A model generated the notes under the pieces. That model was not told where the DNA came from, searched no databases, and was given only the letters and a program-made list of their open reading frames with translations. The position numbers and the translations under genes were made by a program. From contig JAFZLL010000038.1 in NCBI GenBank assembly GCA_017551505.1, positions 33,443 to 73,442 on the forward strand: DNA of 40,000 bases, read 5' to 3'. Numbering within the stretch: the stretch's first letter is position 1; every line of letters starts with the position of its first letter. Below are positions 16,878-25,759 of this stretch, in pieces. Source of the stretch: Eubacteriaceae bacterium. GTDB lineage: Bacteria; Bacillota; Clostridia; Eubacteriales; Anaerofustaceae.

Positions 16878-18038
16878 TCATTTCACCTTCCTTATCTTCA
16901 GGGATTTGAGCGCGTGGTTTTCCGGGAAGCTCATCACGGGTTCAGTAAGCGTGAATTCTCCTGAAGAGATCCATTCCTTGAGTATCTGGGCGATCTCCTT
17001 GGATTTCATCAGGCTGGTAGTCGGGGAAGTGCGCACCATCCTGTCGTTTATCATGATGGAGCCGCTCTTGAGCTCTGCGTAGTTCACTTTCCTGATCGTG
17101 GCATCAGCGCCTGAACGATCCGAATAATCCTCCAGGACCGTCCAGATATCCTTGTCTTCCACTGCCAGGCACTTGAGCATATCCACATCAAGTACAGGGA
17201 TCGGTATCCCGATGCCCACGAACATTGATACTCCGTACTTTTCAAGAACTCCCGGGCGGATGAAGTCGGTTGACATCGCCCTCATGTCACCAGCGACTGC
17301 TATCGTGCGCCCTCCGCCGATGGGAATGCCGTTTGCCGGAGCCGGACCTGCGGAATTGAACTGGGTGCCGTACCATGCGACGTAGCCCTGGGCGCCCGCA
17401 AGGAATATCTTGGTGCCCATTCCTATAGTACGCATCTTTGGATCATTCATAAGCGGACTCAGCTGGCCGCTGGTAGCATAGGTGACGTTGCCGTAGCGGG
17501 GCTGTAGGATGCCCATATATGTGTAAAGACGCCTGTCCGAGGAATTGGTGGCCGCTGCATAGTTCTGGTAGGCGTTGCGCGGATTGTAAAGGTAGGCTTC
17601 GTTGATATCGTCGAGCCGTATATATGTCTTGACCTCCTTGGTCGGATAGCAATCCGTCCCGGGGGATCTGGCCTCCAGGAGCACGCTCTTGCCGTCGATA
17701 AGGTCGCAGATGACGTGAGCCCCTCCGTACTCCCAGCCCCTGTCCTCACTTTCGGAAGTAGCTCCTATGTAGGTGTCCACAGCCGCAAGACCGCCCATGC
17801 AAGGAACCTTGTTGAGCATGATCTCGCTCATCCTTATGGGAGGAGCGGCATGCCCGAAATTAAGGAATGCGCCTGAAGAACACATGCAGCCGAAAGTGGC
17901 GGTCGTGACAACGTCCACGCGCTTGGCCGCGGCTTCCAGGCCTTCGTCCTTGACGATATCGATGATCTCTTCCGCGTCCACAACGACGGCTTTGCCTGAA
18001 GCGATCTTCTCGTTGATCTCTTTGTATGTTTTTGCCAT
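16878..18038 (-). CDS. COG1900/DUF39 homocysteine biosynthesis protein (methanogen-type, no CBS domains)
   Basis: ORF 16878..18047 starts at a GTG. ATG 18038 (MAKTYKEINEKIASGKAVVV) is preferred. The sequence is typical of DUF39 (VDVVTTATFGCMCSSGAFLNFGH...GGAHVICDLIDGK...NPRNAYQNY). Confidence 0.8.
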   Translation of the reverse strand: MAKTYKEINEKIASGKAVVVDAEEIIDIVKDEGLEAAAKRVDVVTTATFGCMCSSGAFLNFGHAAPPIRMSEIMLNKVPCMGGLAAVDTYIGATSESEDRGWEYGGAHVICDLIDGKSVLLEARSPGTDCYPTKEVKTYIRLDDINEAYLYNPRNAYQNYAAATNSSDRRLYTYMGILQPRYGNVTYATSGQLSPLMNDPKMRTIGMGTKIFLAGAQGYVAWYGTQFNSAGPAPANGIPIGGGRTIAVAGDMRAMSTDFIRPGVLEKYGVSMFVGIGIPIPVLDVDMLKCLAVEDKDIWTVLEDYSDRSGADATIRKVNYAELKSGSIMINDRMVRTSPTTSLMKSKEIAQILKEWISSGEFTLTEPVMSFPENHALKSLKIRKVK

Positions 18039-18175
18039 ATTTCTCACCGTCTGGAAATTATTAATGCGATTATATTACAGCAAAAAAAACAAATAAAGAC
18101 TAATGAAGTTATAATATTCATTTTTTACGGATAATATCTTATTGAGTATTATAATATCCGCAGGGAAGGTCACAG

Positions 18176-18871
18176 ATGGGGAGACAGCTTTTTAGATCGG
18201 ATAAGGATAAGAAACTGGGCGGGGTTTGCGCAGGTATGGCGGAAGCCTATCACCTTGATATCACGATAGTCAGGATAGCTGCTTTCCTGCTCTCTGCTGT
18301 ATACCCTCCGCTCATCATCGTATATTTTATCCTCGCAGTGACACTGCCTTCCGACGAAGAAGCCCTGGATCACGCCCCGGATCATGATGTCGCATCATAC
18401 GGGCCGGATGCCAAAGAGGAACCCGCGCATGGGATCCTTTTCATACTGCTGAGCATCGGGGCAATCATCGCCATGGCCGCATACACGTTCCTCGGCGGGT
18501 ATTCTCTCGGCATCAGTGAGATCACTTCCTTCTTTCTCGCTTCCACCGGTGTTTACATCGCCGTAAACGGCATAATCAACAGGAACGACTCTCCGTCGGA
18601 CAGGATATCGAAGGCGGCAGCAGGCATCATGCTGCTGTATGTATCGGTCCGCCGCTTCATATTCCCCACCCTCTCAGGTGCTTTCGGAACTGATACCGTA
18701 AAAACATCGTTTATATATATCCGGCCGCTGCTGATCTTTGGGCTGGGGATCACTCTTCTATTTCCCTATAAAAAAACGGCCACCAAAGTATGGACCGTTA
18801 TATTGCTGTTATTGGTCTGCTACGCGATCTATTCTGCCTTCCGTTCTGCCGGACTGCGGTTCATCTTTTGA
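18176..18871 (+). CDS. PspC-domain membrane protein (231 aa)
   Basis: N-terminal PspC domain (LFRSDKDKKLGGVCAGMAEAYHLDITIVRIAAFLLSAVYPPLIIVYFILAVTLP) followed by ~5 TM spans. The 3' end overlaps convergent rsmA by 11 nt. Confidence 0.8.
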   Translation: MGRQLFRSDKDKKLGGVCAGMAEAYHLDITIVRIAAFLLSAVYPPLIIVYFILAVTLPSDEEALDHAPDHDVASYGPDAKEEPAHGILFILLSIGAIIAMAAYTFLGGYSLGISEITSFFLASTGVYIAVNGIINRNDSPSDRISKAAAGIMLLYVSVRRFIFPTLSGAFGTDTVKTSFIYIRPLLIFGLGITLLFPYKKTATKVWTVILLLLVCYAIYSAFRSAGLRFIF

Positions 18872-19733
18872 TCCCGGCGTCATGGAAAGCGTCTGCCAGT
18901 CGGGCAAAATCCGCCAGATCAAGGGTCTCCCCTCTGGCTGAAGGGGCTATGCCGGCGGATACGATCAGATCAGAGGCAGTGCCGCGATCTACTCTGAAAT
19001 ATGATGAAAGACAGTTTGCAAGCGTCTTTCTCCTCATCGAGAAGGACGCTTTGATCATTTCAGCCATCATAGTTTCGCTTTTGACGGATACCGGAGGCGT
19101 CTCTCTCGGAGTCAGCCTCATGACGGCCGAATCTACCCCCGGCACAGGCATGAACGAATTCTTCGAGACATCGAACAGCTTTTCGCACTCTGCCAGGAAC
19201 CTTACCTGTGCAGTAAAGGAAGAATAATCCTTCCCGCCTGCAGGGGCGGCCAGCCTGTCCGCGACCTCGCGCTGCACCATCAGTACGATAGATGAGAGCC
19301 TGGGCCTTATATCGAGAAGCCTCATGATAAGGGGAGAGGTAATGTTATAGGGCAGGTTGGAAACCGCCTTGTAAGCTCCGTAAGACTCCTCCCTCCCATA
19401 TAGAAGGCTGAGGAGATCCGTCTTAAGTGCATCCTGTTCGACTATCTCAAGGTTTGCCTCATCCTCAAGAGCTTCCCTCAGCACTCCGGCGGCAAAATGG
19501 TCTATCTCCACTGCTATCACTTTCCCGGCCATGCCGCAGAGGAACCCGGTAAGGGCACCGAAGCCGGGGCCGATCTCAAGTACGCACTCCTCCCCTGTCA
19601 GATCCAGCGAGTCGACTATCTTCCGCGCCACAGAGGATTCCTTAAGGAAATTCTGGCCAAGGTTTTTCTTGAAGAAAAAACCGCTTTTCCTGATGTTTTC
19701 GGAAATGTAGAACGGACTGGTCAGATCCTTCAT
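18861..19733 (-). CDS. rsmA: 16S rRNA (adenine1518/1519-N6)-dimethyltransferase RsmA/KsgA (290 aa)
   Basis: ORF 18861..19907. Preferred start is ATG 19733 (MKDLTSPFYISENIRKSGFFFKKNLGQNFL), in a TGATG overlap with the upstream gene's stop. SAM motif VLEIGPGFGALT and the NLPYNITSP motif. Confidence 0.9.
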   Translation of the reverse strand: MKDLTSPFYISENIRKSGFFFKKNLGQNFLKESSVARKIVDSLDLTGEECVLEIGPGFGALTGFLCGMAGKVIAVEIDHFAAGVLREALEDEANLEIVEQDALKTDLLSLLYGREESYGAYKAVSNLPYNITSPLIMRLLDIRPRLSSIVLMVQREVADRLAAPAGGKDYSSFTAQVRFLAECEKLFDVSKNSFMPVPGVDSAVMRLTPRETPPVSVKSETMMAEMIKASFSMRRKTLANCLSSYFRVDRGTASDLIVSAGIAPSARGETLDLADFARLADAFHDAGIKR

Positions 19734-21298
19734 CAGCCCCTTACTCCCTTTATATCTTCGATGGTAAAAGTCCTGGTCAGAAGCACCGCTGCGCTGTAGA
19801 TCACGACCGATACAAAGATCGAGACGAGCGTTGCCAGCGAGGAGGAGATAAAGCGGACAGCCATAGTATAGGTGAGCCGGCAGAAGACTCCCATCACAGC
19901 GCTGCACAGTACGCCTTTGAAGATCGGAAGGACGATCTTGTCAAAACCGATGAATTTCCTGACATCCATAAGGCTCAGCAGGAAGATGAGCCCGGTGGAT
20001 ACGGTGGAGGCGATTATCGCGCCATATATATTTAGGTAAGGGTTACGGATAAGAACGACATTCAGCACGAATTTCGCCGCACCGCCGATGAGGATGTTCT
20101 TAAGCGGGTGATAGTATTTCCCGCAGCCCTGCAGGATGCCGTGCAGCGTGCTCATGGCAACTGTAAAGATCACGGTGAGAGCTGAAAATGCCATCATTTC
20201 AGAACCTTCGGGGACATTGCGGTATATAAGGCTGTATATCGGAGAAGAAAGCAGGGCAAGCCCCGCCGCAGCAGGTACCGAAAGAAGGAAAGCCAGGCGT
20301 ATTGCCGTGGATGCCTTCTGGCGCGCTTTGACCCTGTCGCCTTTTATAAGTGAGGCGCTCATTGCCGGAACGAGGCTCGTGGCGAGTCCCGCGCCGATGA
20401 CCAGGGGAACGTTGAGGAGGGTCTGGGCTTTGTTGGTAAGCTGTCCCAGATATACCGTTGCCTGGTGAAGATCAAAGCCGGCGACCTGGAGATTGGCGGT
20501 GATAGTGACGGAATCGATCAGGTTGGTCAGCGTAGTGGCGACAGCGCTTACAGTTACGGGCAAGGCTATGATCACAAGCTGTTTCAATATACTGCCGGCG
20601 CCGATGCTTCCGGGTTTGACGGAGTTCTCATCTTCGCCCGGTTCACGGTTCCTTGCACGGTATACCAGATATGAGACATATAGATACGCCAATGAAAGGA
20701 AGGCTCCGGCGACTGCTCCGAACGTTGCTCCGGCAGCGCCGAGGGCAACATCTCTGGAAGATGTGAGATAATAAGCGAGGGACAGTCCTACCCCGACCCT
20801 GCCGATCTGCTCTATGATGGATGAGATCGATGAATAACTCATCTGCTGGATGCCCTGGAAATATCCCCTCACGACGGACACGAGGGAGGCCAGCAGAGGG
20901 GCAAAGGAAAGTGCGACTATACACCAGTACGCATTCGGATCCCAATCGAAGGCCGAGATGAACATATGAGCCCCGGCAAACATGATGAGCGTGCCCAGTC
21001 CGCCTATGACGGCAAGGGAAGCAAAAGCGACATTGAAGATGCGGTATGTGTCTTTTTTGTTGCCAAGAGTAAGGCTCTCGGATACCATCTTTGAGACTGC
21101 CAGAGGAAGTCCACCGGTGGATACGGTCAGGAAAGTTGAATACAGGGGATATGCGCAGCTGTACAGACCCATGCCGTAATCCCCGAGGAGGTTCGTCAAC
21201 GGTATCTTAAAGAACATCCCCAGGAATTTCGCGAAGATCATCCCGAAAGTAATGATAAAGGCTCCCTTTACATAATCGCCGCTGTTTTTTTCCGTCAT
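19733..21298 (-). CDS. MOP-superfamily flippase (SpoVB / MurJ-like polysaccharide or lipid II flippase)
   Basis: ORF 19733..21364. Preferred start is ATG 21298 (MTEKNSGDYVKGAFIITFGMIFAKFLGMFFKIPLTNLLGDYGMGLY) after GGAGG. ~14 TM spans. Confidence 0.8.
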   Translation of the reverse strand: MTEKNSGDYVKGAFIITFGMIFAKFLGMFFKIPLTNLLGDYGMGLYSCAYPLYSTFLTVSTGGLPLAVSKMVSESLTLGNKKDTYRIFNVAFASLAVIGGLGTLIMFAGAHMFISAFDWDPNAYWCIVALSFAPLLASLVSVVRGYFQGIQQMSYSSISSIIEQIGRVGVGLSLAYYLTSSRDVALGAAGATFGAVAGAFLSLAYLYVSYLVYRARNREPGEDENSVKPGSIGAGSILKQLVIIALPVTVSAVATTLTNLIDSVTITANLQVAGFDLHQATVYLGQLTNKAQTLLNVPLVIGAGLATSLVPAMSASLIKGDRVKARQKASTAIRLAFLLSVPAAAGLALLSSPIYSLIYRNVPEGSEMMAFSALTVIFTVAMSTLHGILQGCGKYYHPLKNILIGGAAKFVLNVVLIRNPYLNIYGAIIASTVSTGLIFLLSLMDVRKFIGFDKIVLPIFKGVLCSAVMGVFCRLTYTMAVRFISSSLATLVSIFVSVVIYSAAVLLTRTFTIEDIKGVRG

Positions 21299-21409
21299 AG
21301 CATGCCTCCGATACACAGCAATTATATACTTATAACAGTACTTCCACAATTGAAAGAGCTTCAAAGTAACTAAATCTTAATGCGGGGAAGAAAAAACAGC
21401 TAAGGTAGA

Positions 21410-21438
21410 TTGACATGAGTACGGAGAAGTGATAGTAT
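21410..21438 (+). promoter_or_regulatory. Putative promoter of tRNA-Thr
   Basis: TTGACA (21410-21415), a 17-nt spacer, then TAGTAT (21433-21438), 10 nt before the tRNA. Confidence 0.55.
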
Positions 21439-21448
21439 GATTCAGCAA

Positions 21449-21524
21449 GCCTTCATAGCTCAGTCGGTAGAGCACCACCATGGTAAGGTGGGGGTCATCA
21501 GTTCGAATCTGATTGAAGGCTCCA
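21449..21524 (+). tRNA. tRNA-Thr (anticodon GGU), CCA encoded
   Basis: Cloverleaf folded by hand: acceptor GCCTTCA/TGAAGGC, D stem GCTC/GAGC, anticodon stem CCACC/GGTGG with loop AT-GGT-AA, T arm ATCAG-TTCGAAT-CTGAT, discriminator T plus CCA. Confidence 0.93.
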
Positions 21525-21698
21525 TTTCTTTTTTGGATCCTCTGACAGGCAGACTTTCGGCCGCGGCAGTCTGCCGCCCTTCCGGAGAGCCATACATCTC
21601 CCCTGTTATCCGGCTTTTTCTTAACAGCAACACCGATAAGAACGGTTTTTCCGGACTTCATTTTTATCCGGCGGCTCCGTTTTTTTTCTTTCAGGCTA

Positions 21699-21726
21699 TT
21701 GCCAAACGCGGAAAAACATGTATAAT
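21699..21726 (+). promoter_or_regulatory. Putative promoter of tRNA-Glu
   Basis: TTGCCA (21699-21704), a 16-nt spacer, then TATAAT (21721-21726), 9 nt before the tRNA. Confidence 0.55.
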
Positions 21727-21735
21727 GTCAGTGAT

Positions 21736-21810
21736 GGCCCCGTGGTCAAGCGGTTAAGACACCGCCCTCTCACGGCGGTTACAAGGGTTCGAATCCCCTC
21801 GGGGTCACCA
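21736..21810 (+). tRNA. tRNA-Glu (anticodon CUC), CCA encoded
   Basis: Acceptor GGCCCCG/CGGGGTC (one G-U pair), D arm GTC-AAGCGGTTAA-GAC, anticodon stem CCGCC/GGCGG with loop CT-CTC-AC, T loop TTCGAAT, discriminator A plus CCA. Closely resembles canonical bacterial tRNA-Glu. Confidence 0.9.
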
Positions 21811-21826
21811 TTAATTAAACTGTTCT

Positions 21827-21860
21827 GCACGGTTCCTGAATGTCGGAACCGTGTTTTTTT
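21827..21860 (+). terminator. Rho-independent terminator after tRNA-Glu
   Basis: Stem cacggttcc / ggaaccgtg with an 8-nt loop, followed by TTTTTTT (21854-21860). Confidence 0.8.
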
Positions 21861-22094
21861 CAGCCTCATCCGGCTCCGTGTATATCTACCATATATCCCG
21901 GGGAACCCTGCCTGGCCATATCGGTCCTGTCCGTCAACAGGCCGCAGTGCTTATCGCATGATAATTTTGGATAATATATTTGACAGCTCAAAGTTAAGTT
22001 TGGAAAAACAGTTGACGATACAATGCGTAAGATATCGCAAAATCCTTTTATCAATAGTATAATTTGCTTATAAAACTATCAACGGAGAGCGAGA

Positions 22095-22817
22095 ATGTTC
22101 CACCATATTTGCGAGAAAAGCATCTGCGAAGCAGTCGAAGCCAGCCTTAGGGCTCTTCAGGAATACGGTATCGACCGCACCCGCGAGAACCAGGACAGAG
22201 TAGACATAGTTAAGGAGACACAGCTGGTCATCGACGTGACCGAACCTCTGAGCGAGCCTGCCGTAAGCAAGGCAATGCCCGCGGACATAAATATGCTGAT
22301 ACAGTACGAGGATGAGTTCCTTAACGGATCGAGCGATGATAAGGGCTGGGAATATACTTATCACGCTCTCTACAGCCCGTTCTATCCGAAGGTGCTCGAT
22401 GAACTCAAACGCAACCTCAATTCCCGCCGTGCCTGCATCGCACTGGGACAGGGAGACATCAACTTTACTCCCGACCCTCCGTGTCTGCAGCTGCTGATGT
22501 TCGTACAGGAGGACGGAGCTCTGGAGTTGACCTGCGTCTTCCGCAGCAACGACGGAGTTAAAGCCTTCGCGATGAACATATGCGCGATCGCGGCCCTGCA
22601 GAGAAAGGCGGCTAAGGATCTGGGCCTTGAGGTCGGTCAGCTGCATTACATCGCCAACAACTTCCATGCATACAGCAAGGATTTCGACCTGCTTAAAACC
22701 TATATCGCCACCTTTGACAAATACTCCGATCAGGATCATCTCTGGCGCAAGAGCTACAGCTGGGCTCAGCACGAAGCGGCGGAAAAGAAATACTACGCAG
22801 CGAAGGAAGACGAATAG
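22095..22817 (+). CDS. Short thymidylate synthase-fold protein (ThyA / dNMP hydroxymethylase superfamily, 240 aa)
   Basis: Eye alignment to E. coli ThyA: DRT (R21 region), NSRRACIA (SRR), DPPCLQLLMF (catalytic Cys of PCH), VFRSNDG (R166-S-x-D169), FAMNICA (N177), NNFHAY (H207-x-Y209). The antisense ORF 22068..22880 is a shadow. Confidence 0.75.
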   Translation: MFHHICEKSICEAVEASLRALQEYGIDRTRENQDRVDIVKETQLVIDVTEPLSEPAVSKAMPADINMLIQYEDEFLNGSSDDKGWEYTYHALYSPFYPKVLDELKRNLNSRRACIALGQGDINFTPDPPCLQLLMFVQEDGALELTCVFRSNDGVKAFAMNICAIAALQRKAAKDLGLEVGQLHYIANNFHAYSKDFDLLKTYIATFDKYSDQDHLWRKSYSWAQHEAAEKKYYAAKEDE

Positions 22818-22885
22818 GATATAAATTACGCACTTTAGATACGCAGAGCAGGTAGAATATGAGACCGTTATTACTACCAAAATGA

Positions 22886-22919
22886 TAAAAAGCGTTACCG
22901 TATTGGCTACGCTTTTTTA
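22886..22919. terminator. Bidirectional-looking terminator hairpin between the TS-like gene and the helicase gene
   Basis: AAAAAGCGT-(13-nt loop)-ACGCTTTTTT. An A-run precedes and a T-run follows the 5-9 bp stem. Confidence 0.6.
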
Positions 22920-22997
22920 GTTCTCTATTCTCATTCTAATGGATAATCAAACGATAATAATATCGTATGATATGTGCATTAATCACCATTCGAATTT

Positions 22998-25505
22998 CTA
23001 CTTTGCTGTCTGTTGTGTCTTGCCCTTCCCAATATTTCTCTTGTATCGGCACCCATTGGTTTTATAATTTGAACATCCAAAGAAATCACCATACGGACCG
23101 CTTCTTTTTACAAGTCGCCCACCACACAGAGGGCATGTATATTGCTCTTTGTGCATTTCCTCTCCGTATGCCGCTTCAACTTCTTTCACAAAAACTGATT
23201 CGTTTCCTTTGATTGTGACAAGCCATACTTTTTTCTTTGCCCTTGTTATAGCAACATAAAACAGTCGGCGTTCTTCCGCAAAAGGATAATGGTCACAATT
23301 ATCAAGCAGAAGTTGTAAAACAGGAGCATCCGCGATTTGGCTCGGAAAGCCCATACCATATGCCTTGGTGTTAAGCAAAAAAACATAATCGGCTTGCAAA
23401 CCTTTTGAGCTATGAACTGTCATATATGATATTTGCAAGTCAGTACGTTTGGAAAAAGACACTTCAGTTCTTCCAAGAGCAGCATTGTACTTATAGGAAA
23501 ACTGAGGTTGACCGTCCAGAACCCTTATATCAAACCTATATCTTCCGAGAAATAATACAGAGCTTCCTTGTGGTAATTCTTTCAGCCTCTCAGCAAGAAA
23601 CTCAATAGCATATGCATCCGTATAACCTGTTATTTTTTCCATGGAGAATCCATGGTCAACAATGGCGCTATGCAGTTTTTTCCGTTGTTGTTCCGGGTTT
23701 TTCATGATGAAATTACTGCTGACAGAGATCAAGCTTTCAGGGAATCGATATGTTGTTTCAATACGACTAATTTCTGAAGCACCCCAATATTTTTCGAAAT
23801 TTAGAATAAAACCAATATCGCTACCGTTAAAACGGTAGATACTCTGCCAATCATCCCCTACGCAGAATAAACGATAGTCATTTTGCTGACGTATTGCATC
23901 AAGCAGTCGATAACGTGCCTGTGAAATATCCTGATACTCATCAACAATAACATAGCTATATGATGGAGTGAATTGTCCATGTTGGACGTACTCAGATGCT
24001 AAATTGATCATATCATTAAAATCAATTTCATTATTGGAATAAAGCATGGACTGATAGCTGTCATAGACAGGCTCGACCAAATCTATCACAGCATCGATAC
24101 TCGGCAGGTTTTTGAAGTTGCGGTTTCTGCTTCGAACTTCGCTCAACAAGCAGTTGTTGCTTTTAGTTAACGTAATAATTGTCCCAAACAGTTCTGCGAC
24201 TCGATCAAGTTTTTGTGTTTCTGAGCCGCCAATGCCAGCCCACATTTCTTTGGGAGACATGGGCATAAACACAACACCAGCTTGTTTCAGGCGTTCCTCT
24301 AATTTAGGCAAGAGCTGCTCTTCAAGTTTTTCATAAGCGTAAACCTCGATCATCCGTGTCCCATTTTTCTTATGGAGTGCACGCTTCCAGTTAATTCCCT
24401 CCTGATAAACTTGAGATGCCGACATCCCATTTCTTTTAGAAAAATAAGCTGGAACTTCCCCTTTTCTATTAATACCGAAGTATTCTATATACAGGTCGTA
24501 ATCCGGTAGGTAAAAATCCGGATAATATTGTCCGAACTCAGAAGTTCTTGTATCAAATGGATATTCTTTCTCATACACATAGGCAATTCCGTTTTGCGTC
24601 AGACAATTTGCAATATCCAGCTCGCCATAGCTTTTTACAGTTTCTTTTTTTAAAGTTACAGGAGGATTATATTTCAGATAAGACAGGTATTCTTTTTCGG
24701 TTTGAAAATCAAATTCTGATTTTTGTTCCGTACCGTTATAAGTCAGATATACACATAGTTTTCTTAAATAAGCGGCATTTTGGATCAGCGAGTCCAATTG
24801 CATCCTGACAAATTGTCGAATGTCTGTAGAGTATATTTTTGGTTTTTTCCCTTGTACTGCAGTGATAATATTCAGCCCAAGTTTATGAAATGTCAATGCA
24901 GTAATCGGTTGGCCAATCTCCTTATTCAAACGCTCACTCATTTCCGCAGCAGACGAATTGGTAAATGACAGCACCAGAATATCATTTGGCAAACACTTAT
25001 TCTTTTTCAGTAGATATTTGACATAGCCAACAATAGTGGTAGTTTTTCCAGTGCCAGCGCCTGCAAGGACGAGGTGACTGCGAGCTTCTTTCGTGATGCA
25101 TCGCAGTTGCTGGTCATCCAGGTTTTTTCCTTCCACAGGTAAAAGAATCTTTGCTGCATCTTCTGCTTTTTGATTTGCCAGCCACTCATTATACGCTCGT
25201 AATTTGGAAGGAAGCTGCTCATAGGCCTCAATAAACTGAGGAGCTAAATTGCGTATCTTTCTTCCAGATAAACCAATAGAGAATAATATGCCGTTCGTTT
25301 GCTTCTTTGCTGAACAGTATGTTGAATACCATCTATTCTGAAAGATTTTGCTAACAACAGGATCAAGGAACTCATTTTGTGATTGCCAAAGCTTTTTTTC
25401 TTCTAACAGAGCTTCATTCATTTGAATAAGAAGTGTATCTTCATCCAAATCATTCGGCAAGACTGTATCAGCAATAGTGGTTAGCATTTTATTCCAAAAG
25501 TCCAT
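22998..25505 (-). CDS. UvrD/Rep (SF1) family helicase with an internal PD-(D/E)xK/Vsr-like nuclease-fold insertion and a C-terminal topoisomerase-type C4 zinc ribbon (835 aa)
   Basis: Walker A LVLAGAGTGKTTT. Insert ELDIANCL...YYPDFYLPDYDLYIEYFG. Motif II VIVDEYQDIS. TVHSSKGLQADYVFLL and YVAITRAKKKV (motifs V/VI). C-terminus CPLCGGRLVKRSGPYGDFFGCSNYKTNGC. RBS GAGGTG. GC is ~34% in a hand-counted 100-nt sample (24001-24100), against ~52% in the neighbouring URO-D gene. Confidence 0.85.
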   Translation of the reverse strand: MDFWNKMLTTIADTVLPNDLDEDTLLIQMNEALLEEKKLWQSQNEFLDPVVSKIFQNRWYSTYCSAKKQTNGILFSIGLSGRKIRNLAPQFIEAYEQLPSKLRAYNEWLANQKAEDAAKILLPVEGKNLDDQQLRCITKEARSHLVLAGAGTGKTTTIVGYVKYLLKKNKCLPNDILVLSFTNSSAAEMSERLNKEIGQPITALTFHKLGLNIITAVQGKKPKIYSTDIRQFVRMQLDSLIQNAAYLRKLCVYLTYNGTEQKSEFDFQTEKEYLSYLKYNPPVTLKKETVKSYGELDIANCLTQNGIAYVYEKEYPFDTRTSEFGQYYPDFYLPDYDLYIEYFGINRKGEVPAYFSKRNGMSASQVYQEGINWKRALHKKNGTRMIEVYAYEKLEEQLLPKLEERLKQAGVVFMPMSPKEMWAGIGGSETQKLDRVAELFGTIITLTKSNNCLLSEVRSRNRNFKNLPSIDAVIDLVEPVYDSYQSMLYSNNEIDFNDMINLASEYVQHGQFTPSYSYVIVDEYQDISQARYRLLDAIRQQNDYRLFCVGDDWQSIYRFNGSDIGFILNFEKYWGASEISRIETTYRFPESLISVSSNFIMKNPEQQRKKLHSAIVDHGFSMEKITGYTDAYAIEFLAERLKELPQGSSVLFLGRYRFDIRVLDGQPQFSYKYNAALGRTEVSFSKRTDLQISYMTVHSSKGLQADYVFLLNTKAYGMGFPSQIADAPVLQLLLDNCDHYPFAEERRLFYVAITRAKKKVWLVTIKGNESVFVKEVEAAYGEEMHKEQYTCPLCGGRLVKRSGPYGDFFGCSNYKTNGCRYKRNIGKGKTQQTAK

Positions 25506-25759
25506 GATGACACCTCAATCAAACATTTTGCACAGATAGTATACCATTCAATGTAAAAGTATTACCATTATATCTTTAAGCAACAATATCCAATGATATT
25601 TTGATTTCCGGAAGAATCCGCAATATCTAAAATGAATAATAAAAAGACGGAGATTGCTCCCCGCCAATTAAGCCTGCGAGTTAATTATTTCGGCTAATCC
25701 ACAATGTTCAATTAAAAGCAATTCAATGAAATGAACTCTTTATGCGCCGTTTTTCATTC

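Noticed and set aside
18039-18175. Expected S-box (SAM) riboswitch upstream of the homocysteine biosynthesis genes
   Set aside because: The region is short (~135 nt) and strongly AT-rich. It has none of the conserved GC-rich helices or the AGAGGGA/GCAACC-type S-box elements, so it looks like a plain promoter region.
21800-21809. 10-nt identity (cggggtcacc) between the 3' end of tRNA-Glu and repeat copy A (27090-27099), suggesting a tRNA-targeted island spanning 21.8-27.1 kb
   Set aside because: The match is only 10 nt, which is plausible by chance in 40 kb on two strands. The enclosed TS-like and URO-D genes have host-like GC, and no integrase is present. It is recorded only as something to re-examine if an integrase is found nearby in the genome.
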